From Chrysomallon squamiferum (lineage: Eukaryota; Animalia; Mollusca), in contig CM022666.1 in NCBI GenBank assembly GCA_012295275.1, forward strand, positions 2,108,001-2,172,000: a DNA stretch of 64,000 bases. The letters are read 5' to 3'. Shown one piece after another: positions 14,451-25,700 of this stretch (positions within the stretch are counted from its first letter, which is position 1; every line of letters starts with the position of its first letter). The position numbers and the translations under genes were made by a program. The notes under the pieces were generated by a model. It was not told the DNA's origin and did no database searches. It worked only from the letters and a program-made list of their open reading frames with translations.

Positions 14451-15034
14451 TTATGACACCTTAACTGGGAAGAATGGTAGTCCTTTGACATAATCGTCCA
14501 GTTTGGTTTTGAACAATTCACTAGTGATGGGCCCACCGAGAACATGCAGTGGATTCTTAACGACATATTCCACATATATCTGAAACCAAATCAGAAAGAA
14601 AACATAATTAATATTTTAAGACTTAATATTTTGACAATCACTCTATAACAAGATAAAAAAAAACATAGAAGAATTTCACGGACACGAATAAAATATATTC
14701 TATAGCAATTTTTTTATTATTATTTTTTTTTGTAAGTCACAAAAAAAAAAAACAGCATTAAACGTGAATACTCACAGAACTGTAAATCTGCTGTAAAACG
14801 TCTTTGATGTTGGGGACACTGAGGTCAGTGTTCATGATAAACTTCAGTCCACTCGGAGTCTCGTAAAAATGAAGTTTGTACTTGCTAGTCTTGAAGTTCA
14901 TGAAACCTTCTTTCCTGAGTTTAGTTAAGGCAATAATTGACTCCATTTTGTAGAATATTACAATTTTTTTTTTTTTTTTTTTTTTTTATATATTATTTAT
15001 GTATTTATCATTTATTTTTTATTTTTTTTATTTA

Positions 15035-15071
<37 letters not shown>

Positions 15072-16077
15072 CTATATTTTCTAAATCATTATCATCTACA
15101 TTATTATTATTATTATTATTATTATATGGAACCAAATGAAAACAATAAAATTAATTTGACAATAATCTTATTATTAAAGAAATATCTATGAAGTGTTTCA
15201 GTTAACTTTAAAACCAAATTTAAGAAGAAAACATTTTAACTTCAAGACATAACTCTAAAACAAGCTATCAAAAAACTCTGACCATATTACAATTTAATTG
15301 TCAGGTAGATGAATGTTTATCAAAGCCGGCCTGTTCACAAAGACCCTGTAACATAAACATATATTCATCTATAAAGTAAAAATATTCTACCATTAAGTTA
15401 GTTTTTTTCTGTTTTTGTTTGTTAAATTTAATCAATTCTCTATGATTTTAACCCAGTAAAACAAGAACAAAGATACATATCATATGGCGATATTCGACTA
15501 ACAAATGATTTAATAGACACAATCATTCCATACATCAGTTTATATTCCTGCAAAAAGAAAGAAGAAAAAGAAAAAAGAAATGGTTATCCGATTCACATGT
15601 AAACAAAATTTGAAAAAAAAAGAAAATATCTGTTCTTCAGTAATTTATGTTATTCTTGACTCTCACAAAATTTTAATATTTCTTAATTGTTATTTGACAT
15701 AATTATTTTAAACTGATTAGTGTATCTTCAGAATTATGAATATTATTTTAATTAATGAAGTGAATTATAACAAATGATAGTCAGTGGAATTTTTATCATA
15801 TCAATATTGAAGGTATGATTATCTATCTATCCTGACAGACAGATAGATAGATAGTAATCATAACATCTGAAGCTGTACCTAGATGATTCATATTTTCAAT
15901 TACTGGAATTAGTTTCTGGTGGATATTTTGAATTGAAACAAAAACTGTTCTGTTCACTTTCCAGTGACTATGGGACACATTTAATACTGACCATATTAAT
16001 ACTAATTAGTAAATGTTTGTTCTTTGCCACTGGTCACAAGCTTCATAAATTTGGTAGATTATAAACAATTAGAAATC

Positions 16078-16134
<57 letters not shown>

Positions 16135-16393
16135 GACATTAACCATGTTATACTTATTTTGTAAATTACTGTCACCTAAATTATTATTATCATTATCATC
16201 CTGTTCAGTCAGAATGAGTGGGGTGCGTTTTAACTGAACGATTATGTTTGATGGTATTTCTTTCACTAAATCTGAGTTAAACCAATTGCATTACTTGATC
16301 CTTTTCCATTTCCAGATGTTTTTTCCTATTCCATTCCGAATAATAAAGACACGTTCCATTTCTATCAAAGATGTACAAATTAAACACGGTCAT
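14451..16393 (-). CDS. TRAPPC1: Trafficking protein particle complex subunit 1 (Bet5), complete, 4 exons, 145 aa
   Basis: Exons 16393-16295, 15547-15477, 14914-14776, 14579-14451. Translation: [25 protein letters not shown]...[54 protein letters not shown]...[10 protein letters not shown]...[18 protein letters not shown]. This matches the TRAPPC1/Bet5 family as recalled, and phases are consistent. Confidence 0.96.
14915..15476 (-). other. Probable U12-type (minor spliceosome) GT-AG intron in TRAPPC1
   Basis: Donor GTATCTTTG; branch site GCCTTAAC about 10 nt before the 3' AG; no polypyrimidine tract; phase 2. Confidence 0.75.
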
Positions 16394-16786
16394 ATCGTTG
16401 AAACACCTTCCGGAAGTGTAGTAAACATAACGCCAAATTAATACCCACTTTTACTTTAACATTTTTATTTTTATTTGAGCAAATCAGGAAAAACCAGCAG
16501 TAAATATTAAATTGTGCAAAGGCAATTATTTTCAATAAAATTTACGAAAATTTGCATGTATATTTTTGTGGCAGTGTTGTATTTTGTATGTAAAGCATCT
16601 ATCAATACAGTATTTATGTGCATTTTCTTTATTTATTTCCCACCATTATCAATGAGCTTTCCACCTTTTGCTTCATTTTGGGATAAACACAGAGAATAAA
16701 GCATGTAAATATTAACCATTGAAATGGACGATATTTTTCTCTATTTTTAACAGAAATAATTTTATGAATGATAAATAACGACGTGG

Positions 16787-16822
<36 letters not shown>

Positions 16823-17893
16823 TGTATTTGATAATTTCTATTGTAACCAAATATGACTATTACAATATAATTTCTAAAATATTTCACAGTATTACGGATA
16901 TATTTATTTTCTATATATTCATTATTATTACTAATGAATAATTTATGTCAGATATTTTTCATAATGATTTTGAGGATAAAGGAGAGAAAACAATTCTCTA
17001 TTTCGTCTGTTTGCTGTTACTAAATTCCGTGGTTTTGGTGCTTCTGTATTGAGGAATTTCAAGATAGATAACTCTTTCGTTTTTTTGAAAGAAAAAAAAA
17101 AGTAAAAAGAAACGAAAATGGAACAAGTTGAGACAAGGCAAATGCCTTTCTTCTGATATTAAAAAGATTTATGGTAATTTTCCATAAAAGTTGAGCATTG
17201 ATACTAATTAAGAAAATCAACTATATTTTGTCACCGGGTTCCAATTTAAAAGAGGTAGATGCGATGTTGTTTATTTACTTGTGTATAATGTTACTCAACT
17301 CTATTTCGTTGTATACCTATTATCGGTTAATTATTTTTATTTGCAAACGTTAATTGCAATGTTTATTGAATAAGATGATAAAAATTAGAGAATATTTCAG
17401 CTTTCGGATTAGTGAAATGCCAAATAATACGAAATTAGGTGAAATTTTCGCAAAATATAAAATATTTCAAAATGAACTGTGCAACTGTCACTGTCAAAAA
17501 GTTTGTAATTTTCCAAATACTTTAACAACTATAATCAAATTAATTTTAAATATTCATTTAACATTAAAACATGTTAGTATAATATCTTTTGACCATTTGG
17601 TCGTACTGAAGTGTTATTTCCTATTCATTTTTAAAAATATTTAATTCAGCATTATCTTCTATTTTTTACTACTAGTATTAGTAAAAGTTTTTTGTTCAGT
17701 AGATAACATTAACGCAAGTTATATTCTCCTTTTTATACATACTGTAAATAAATTTTGAAATAAAAACTTAATTTCAACAGAGTTCAATATACTTTTCTTC
17801 TTTTAATATTATTTACAAGTGTTTTTTATAAATTCATGATTAATACTTGCTAACTGTTTTACGATTTTCAATTATTTATATATATATATTCAG
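16394..17893. promoter_or_regulatory. Bidirectional promoter / 5' region shared by TRAPPC1 and CNTROB
   Basis: Divergent start codons 1.5 kb apart, locally CpG-retaining sequence, and palindromic CTTCCGGAAG(T) ETS-type site at 16407-16417. Confidence 0.65.
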
Positions 17894-17912
17894 GTAGTAG
17901 CATAAAAACATA

Positions 17913-20059
17913 ATGGAGAATGATAAAACTGATACACAAAGGAGTCCTGAAGAGGTTTGGCCAACAGATAATGCTGACGACAATGACCAAGATACAGAAA
18001 ACGTCATGATGAAGTCCCGTGAACAACTGATGACCATCGTCCGTCGAGACTGTTCAAGTCCTGATCTAAGCACAGAAAGACGGAGAATGATGGAATACAT
18101 CCCAGACGACAGCACAAACCTGTTCGAACCAGTCAGGACTTTGAACTTTTCTGACGTCGACATCACAAACGAAGATGATATGTCGCAAAACGGAGACCAT
18201 GAAAACAGTTATGAGCAACAACACGAGCAACAGCAGAGTGACGTAGTGAGTTCCAATTTGATAGATTTAGAATGGATGGAGGAAGGAAATGAAAATCAGA
18301 ACTTGAGGATAATCGAGGGTCATGATTCGTCCCCTTTAGAACATCAGATAATGAAATCCAGTATTAGCTACTCGGGGTCACCTCAGCATCACGGTTTTTC
18401 TAATCCACCTGCGTCTGTTACTTCACAGTCTCAGACAAACAGCAGTCAGTCTCAGACTCAAGATTCACAGCAGTTTGGTCAGTCTGTCAACTCACAGACA
18501 GCATTTTCTCCTTTAAAAGAAGATCTAGATGATACCGGGAAAGGCTCACCTAACTTGTACGACAGCTTGGACGAGAGAGATGCAGAAAACGGGCTGAACG
18601 GAGTTAAACATTCCCACGTTGAAACCAGTGGACATTCGTACCCTTTCTCAGGTCCACCACCTAGTCCTGGTCACCATGGACATCAGACCGTGCACGAAAG
18701 CAACACCAACAATCACCAGACCGGTCAACACTTGTCATTTCACGAGAGCAATTTTGTTAGTGCAGACAACGGCAGCGAAGGTTTTTCGTCGAGGACGAAG
18801 AACGTGTCCCCAGGGTTGAGTGACAGTCTTCTGACGAGAAACCCAAGCTTCATCCAGCAGGTGGGCTGTTTTCCACAGCCTCAGCAGCTGAAGAGTTTCA
18901 CCATGGCACAGACTGCGCAGGATTTCAACACAACACAGCCTGAACGGGACTTCAGCAAGCCTGAGACTCATGTGATGGTTTCTGGGCACCTGGCGTCCTG
19001 GGAAGACGCTGAAAATGACGGCAGCAGCATGCAGGTCAATTCCAACCCTTTAATGAGATGCAGGATCATGGGTCATGGGGTGCCACCAGCTCGGGTCAGA
19101 TCAGCAGGCATGCAGCAGAGACCAGCAGACATGCAACAGAGGCCGGTTAATCGAGGGACAGGACAGCCTTGTTCTCGACTCAAACGAACGGAACAGAGAC
19201 AGGTCGCTCAAACGAGTAACCCCCAGGGAGGTGCTAACCGGGGCACTGCCGGTAACAAGAACCCTCCAAACAGGGCTGCTTCAGCAAAGGTTGCTGGGAA
19301 GGTCAGGCCTACTGTTCAAGGTGCTGGACAACCCAGACCAGTTGTTCAGGGCTCCTCAATGGCTGATTCAAAGAGAACTCAGAAACAAGCCATAACAACC
19401 AATGCTTCCAGACAGCCGGCAGACATTGTGGACAGGAGACAAGCTGCTGCTGCTGAACCAGCTGATAAGAGTCTGGACAGAATCAGTGGGGTTGGCAGTG
19501 AAGGACCTCAGTCAAGAATACAGACCATTGTGAGCTCTTCGGAAAATCGATCAGCCTCAAGGACTCCACCCATTCACGTCCAGACAAGCGTTACGAGTCC
19601 ACGAATTGCATCCTTGAACAAGTCTCCGAATCCAGGACAAGAGCCCTTGATTGGTCGATTCAAGGTTTCAGAAGGATTTGGTCACCGTGACGACGATGAC
19701 GCAGAGTCCTGTTCTGAGTCTGTGAGTACTCAGATGGATATGTTAACCAGTGCAAGCTACAAAATGTCTCCTAGACAGGTAACAAGCATTTTTCTTCATT
19801 TTTTACTTCTTTTTTTTTTTTTTTTGAAGTTTATTTTTTCATTAGAATAGAAGTACAGTATCAGTGAATCTTTAAATGTAAACAAATTTCACAAAATAAG
19901 TGACTTGATATCTGTACTGTTATATTTACATCTCACTTTTATCCAGTGCTTTTTACTGGGGGTTTTTTGTGGGGTTTTTATTGTTTTTTTGTTAATTATT
20001 TATTACTATTATCATTTATTATATTTATTTTTATTATTATTAGTACCAGTGGTAGTATT

Positions 20060-20090
<31 letters not shown>

Positions 20091-22674
20091 TTTCCTGTTC
20101 TCAGAATGAACTTTCACCACAGAATATGAGTATAGATATTCAGGGAATGGAGGATGTGAGAAGCCATCTTCGAAACATGCTGCGACTCTCAGCAAATACT
20201 TTTGCAGGTATAAATCAATGTATAAATCAATATATATATATATCCTGCAGTCACTGTATGTTGTGGCAAGATATGATAGAGTAACTACTTTAGTGTTTAA
20301 TTATTTGTTTAGATCGTTAAAAAACCTTTTTGTTAAAAAATAGTGTGGGCCATTTTGCTTTCAAAACGGTTGATCATCTGCTTTGTCATTATGCAATAAC
20401 AATAACTGTGGATGATACTGATTGTGGTGATAATAATGATCAAATTGATGCATGTGCTAATATTAAAAGTTTTGTGAGCTGAATTAACTCTTTATTTATT
20501 GTCTCACAATTATGTATTTGTTAATTGTTTATTTTCATGTATTTATTTATTTATATTGTTTTTTTGTTTTTTTGTTTTTTTTAATTTTGTAACTTTTTTT
20601 ATTCAGAAAAACCAGAGTTTGATCATAGTGACAGTGCTTCAGAACTGTTGATGGATCAGCCATACAAAAGACCTTTTAGGTAAAGTTTGTCTGTGTGTCT
20701 GTCTGTCGGTACATGTGTGTTTGTGTTAGTGTGTGTTTGTCTGTATATGTGTGTTTGTGTCAGTGTCTATATGCATGTTTATGTCTGCATGCATGTTTAT
20801 ATCTATGTTTATGTGTGCATATGTTTATCTAAGTGTGTGTTTGTCTATGAGTGTAGGTATATGTATGTATGTATCTTTTTATGTATTTGTGAATGTGTAT
20901 ATGTTTTTGTATGTGTCTGTATATGTGTGTGTAACTGTGCTTGTATGGATGTGTAAAAGTGTCTGTGAGTGTGTATATATATATATATATATATATTTGT
21001 GTGTATTTATTAGTTACGTCTGATTTAGTGTTTATATTTGCTTGTATGTGTGTGCTTCTGTTTTGTTTTCATACTTCATTAGTAAATTAAAAATAAAATG
21101 ATAAAAATTAAAAGATAAATATTCTTCAGTATCTTTAAAAGTGACATAAACCGGTATAGTTTCAGTTCTATTTATGTATTTTTTTCACAGTTCTCAGATA
21201 CCAGGCAATGTTCCAGATCTGTTTGAGAACTTCCCAAACTATTCGTCCACAATGTTTGCTGACCTGTCTGAATCAGGAATCTCGAAACAGGACATGTCCT
21301 TCCAAACTGACCGCACATACATGAGAGAAGCACTGGAAAAAGAAAGATACAGAAGAAAAGTAAGATTTTTTTTTTTTTTTTAAGTTTTATATTTTTGAAC
21401 ATCATTGTATTGAAGTTGAAATATCTCTCTCGATATAATATTCTGTTGACTGTCTTTCTTGTAGTATGCTGTGTCTTCAAAATAATTCATGTTTCTTTCA
21501 TTTATGAGTATTTTGCAAATTAATATTCTTTTATATATATTTGTTTTTAATATTTTTTCTCTTATTATTATTATTATTTGTTTTTTGTTTTATATTTTAT
21601 TTTTATTTTCTTAATTTCATTTATTTTTTTCTTTACAATTCTGATTAAAAGGAAATAATAATAATAATTTTTTCTTGTAAATTATAAAAAAATATATATT
21701 TCTACTGTAATAATGATTGTTGTAAATTATGAATTATAAATAAAATTAAGGCTCAGTATTATAATGAAAGTACAGTTATAAAAAATGTATAGGTTTTAAT
21801 TCTTTTTGTTTCCTAATTTTCATTACAGCACTGTGAACAGCAAATTCATCATCTGAATGTTCGGGTAAGTTTAATAAACTTCTTCTGATTTTTATTTTGT
21901 AAAATGTTATTTAATGTTGGTTTTTTTCCTTTGTTTTAATTTAATTTTTATTTCTTGACTAATTCTTTTCTTTTTAATTTCAATTTTTTATTTTTTTTTC
22001 AATTTATTTTATTTAAAAAAAATTTTTATTTTCTTTCTCATTCAGCTGTTGGAGGCACAGCAGCAGCTGGCCGTTGCTATAGCAACAAACAAGAAAAAGG
22101 ACACAATGATAGAACAGCTTGATAAAGTAAGATATTTCTTATAATCAGTTATTTCAGGGTGGGGCCAGAGCGTGGGGGAGAGGATACCTGGCGCCCTGTG
22201 AAAACCTTTAGACATTTGCTCTTGGTTACGTTTTTACATGGATACCTTTTGCTGTAATTTCAGAGCTGGAGAGAAATAAAAAAAATCTCCATATTCTCCC
22301 TTATTCAATTATCATCAATATAAAAATTACACTTGTGTTAAATTTTAGTGCTAATTCTGTATATAAATAGACTGATACACACATCTATCTAGATATATAT
22401 ATATATTGATATAGATTCATACATAGAAAGATACATATGAGATATAGATAGTATATATAACATTATTGTTGACAGCAACTGGCTAAGGTCGTAGAAGGAT
22501 GGAAGAAGAGGGAAAGAGAGAAGGATGAATATCTCAAGCTGATTCTAAAAGAGAAGTCACAGATTGAACAGTCCTTGCATCAACAGCAAGAGGTCAGTTG
22601 TTAGAACTTCCGTTTTTAAAAACATTTGTCACTGTCAGTCATTAAAACTTTTGTTATTGAGCACTGTCATCATA

Positions 22675-22734
<60 letters not shown>

Positions 22735-25700
22735 TGTTATTATACAATATTAATGATTAAAATAGTATCTGATATTAAATATGATAATATTTATTTCTAA
22801 TATTATTGTTGTTTTTACTATTATCATCACCATCATCATTATTATTAGTATCATCATCATTATTATTATTACTGCTAGTACTACTATCATTATTATCACC
22901 ACCATCAGTATCATCCATAGATATTAATATTGTCATTTCTTGATAACAAAACAGATGATCAACAGTTTTGAGAGTGACATGGCACACACTATAAATGAGC
23001 TGAAACAGGAAAAAGAAAACTCGGCAGCTGCTGTTGAGAAATTGAGGCAGGAGATTGACGACGTAACGAGAGACAAAGCACGAGCAGAAGAGCAGCTTGA
23101 GGCAGAGAAAGAGCGAGGCAGCCTCTTGTGTCAGGAGATGGGTCAGCTGAAAGAGGCCAGAGAAATGGCAGAACTCTGCGCTCAGCAGTTACAAGAGAGG
23201 TTGCATAAGGTGACTGAGATGTAACGGCAGATTTGATTGGTTGTTTGTTATCTTGTGAGGGGGGTTTGATTGGTTGTTTTTAGGATGAAATCTGATTTGA
23301 TTGGTTGTTTGTTATCTTGAGGGTTGTTTTTTTGTTCTGCAGAAATGTTTTTAGGATAAAACGGCAGATTTGATTGGTTGTTTGTCATCTTGAGGGTTTT
23401 TTTTTTTGTTCTGCAGAAATGTTTTTAGGATAAAACGGCAGATTTGATTGGTTGTTTGTTATCTTATGGTTTTTTTTTTTGTTTTTTATTTTTGTTCTGC
23501 AGAAATGTTTTTAAGATATAATGGCAGATTTGATTGGTTGTTTGTTATCTGGAGTAATGAGACAAAATGGCTAAATTGACTGGTAATTCTTAGTACTTAT
23601 TATTCTTCAATGTTTTGGGGTGGGTTTTTTTCCATTGTTAAAATCTATACTTATGACTGCATAATATATGTTTTTGGAGGGTTTTTAGAGATTTAAGAAA
23701 AATAATTATTTTATTTTTTTGTTCATTTTCTATAATGTGTGTTTTAGGAACAAGATGACTGGTACAGAAGAGAACAGGAACTTCTGGCTACCATTGACGA
23801 CGTGAAGGAAGCAAATCTCAAGGTCATTCAGATGGAGAAGGTATTTATTTATAATCATATTTATTTAAATGTCACATTGTTTCTAACTACACACTTTGAA
23901 TCAGAAAATCCCTTTTATGCAATGTTATCAGTTAGCAGAATGTTATTGTATCAGTGAACCTTCCCATAAACAGGAAAGATGAAAACATGACCTTTGATAA
24001 ATTAATCATGGTGCACTGGCAAGAAAGTGATAATTAAAGAGTAAATATTTAAATGCAGTTGCCATTGCTTACAAAAATTGGTTTACAGCATATAATTATG
24101 CAACTCTATCTATTTATTGATTGTTATTAATGTTGTTGTTTTTTTCAAGGCGAGAAGTGATGAATATCAAACTTTAGCTGCTGACATGGAGGAGAGATTG
24201 AGAGCAACACAAACTCAGAACAAGAAGTTGGAACTGGATATCGATGCACTGGAACGAGAAAAGGTAACCGAGAAATTTATTAAATTTAGATTTTTTTTTT
24301 TTATATTATATTTTAAAAAATAATGTTCCAAACAAGAAAATGGTAACTAACAATGTGCAAAAGGAAAGAAGAAAGTGTGTATGTGGGTGTGTATATGTGT
24401 GTCTCTGTGTGTGTATGTTAATAATACTAAAGCTATATATATATTTTTTTATTATTATTTTTAATTTTTTATATTTTTTTTAAAATTATTTTAGGAAAGT
24501 ATCAAGGTTGAAATAGCAATAATTGAAGCCAAATACGAAACATCGCAGAGAAAGCTAGAAGCAGATTTGCATTCACAGATGGAGAAAGAGGTAAAACCTT
24601 ATTTCAAAATTACACAGTTCCATAAATAATTTAAATCGGATGTATTTGAGAAGTTTTGTTTACGTCTTTATATTTAGCAAAACCTCCAAACATTTTAATA
24701 TTATCAAGTGTAAAAATTTTTAATACTAAGACAACAACAAACAAACAAAAATAAACAAAAAAAAAAAAATGAATTGTACATCTGTACACCCGAATTTTAC
24801 ATTATTATATATGCTACAAAATTATTTTCTTGAGACTTCAAAAAATCCTGTACACCTGATAACTAAATTATTATACATGATATATAATCATGCTACAGGG
24901 ACTTCCATTTGCAAACATGTTCATGACAGGTTATCATACAGTGCTTCTGAACAGCAAGTTATCAAAAGCTAATGTCAATTTATTTCTCAGATAGCTGAAC
25001 AAGTTGCCCAGGTCCAGGAGAAGATGGATGAAATGAACACAGAGATGCAGGAAAAACACAGACAGCAGGTTATGGAGATCCACCAGCGACATCAGGTCGA
25101 CCTTGAGGTTCACCTGCAGAAGTTCAGCGAGGATGCCAGGAGGAAAGACGATGACTACAGACATCAGATACAGAATTACGAGGAGAGGTTAGATTGGGAT
25201 ATTCCGGAAAAAAAATGCTGTTACGTTGCGTGAGCTTGCGATATTCAGCGAGGGTTTGTAGTTAGGCATGAAAGGTCAGAGTGTCAGAAATATTGAAAAA
25301 CAAGAAGTTTTATTCTGTAACACATGTTATTATCATAAACAAAAGATGCAGATTTATAAAGAATGATTAGATTGGGATATTCAGAAAATATTTTTAATTT
25401 GGCTTGAAACTCGGACATTATGGTACATAGTGCAATATTGATGTTTAGTGCTTTATGATTACCGACAACATGCAGAATGATTAGAAGAGGTTGTGGTAGC
25501 TGTTGCTGCTGTTGCTGCTGTTGTTGTTTTTGTTGTGGTTGTAGATGTACTTGAACATTTTTCTGTTTTTCAGGCTGAAAGAGTACAGAAATGAGAACAC
25601 AGCTCTAAAACATGCAAAACAGAAACTGGAGTCTCAAAGGTACGTACAAGAAAACATGCTATATTATGAGAATAGGGTTAGATTGGGATATTTTCGTCAT

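Noticed and set aside
17118-17173. Possible upstream coding exon of CNTROB ending ATG|GTAATT
   Set aside because: The ORF from 17118 stops quickly, and an in-frame join works only with the third AG at 17900. It may be a UTR exon but is unsupported.
17876-19395. Overlapping or antisense ORFs within CNTROB exon 1
   Set aside because: Expected shadow ORFs of a long, higher-GC coding exon.
22155-22200. GC-rich CAGGGTGGGGCCAGA...GGCGCCCTG patch resembling a hAT-type MITE end
   Set aside because: Too short, with no partner TIR or TSD.
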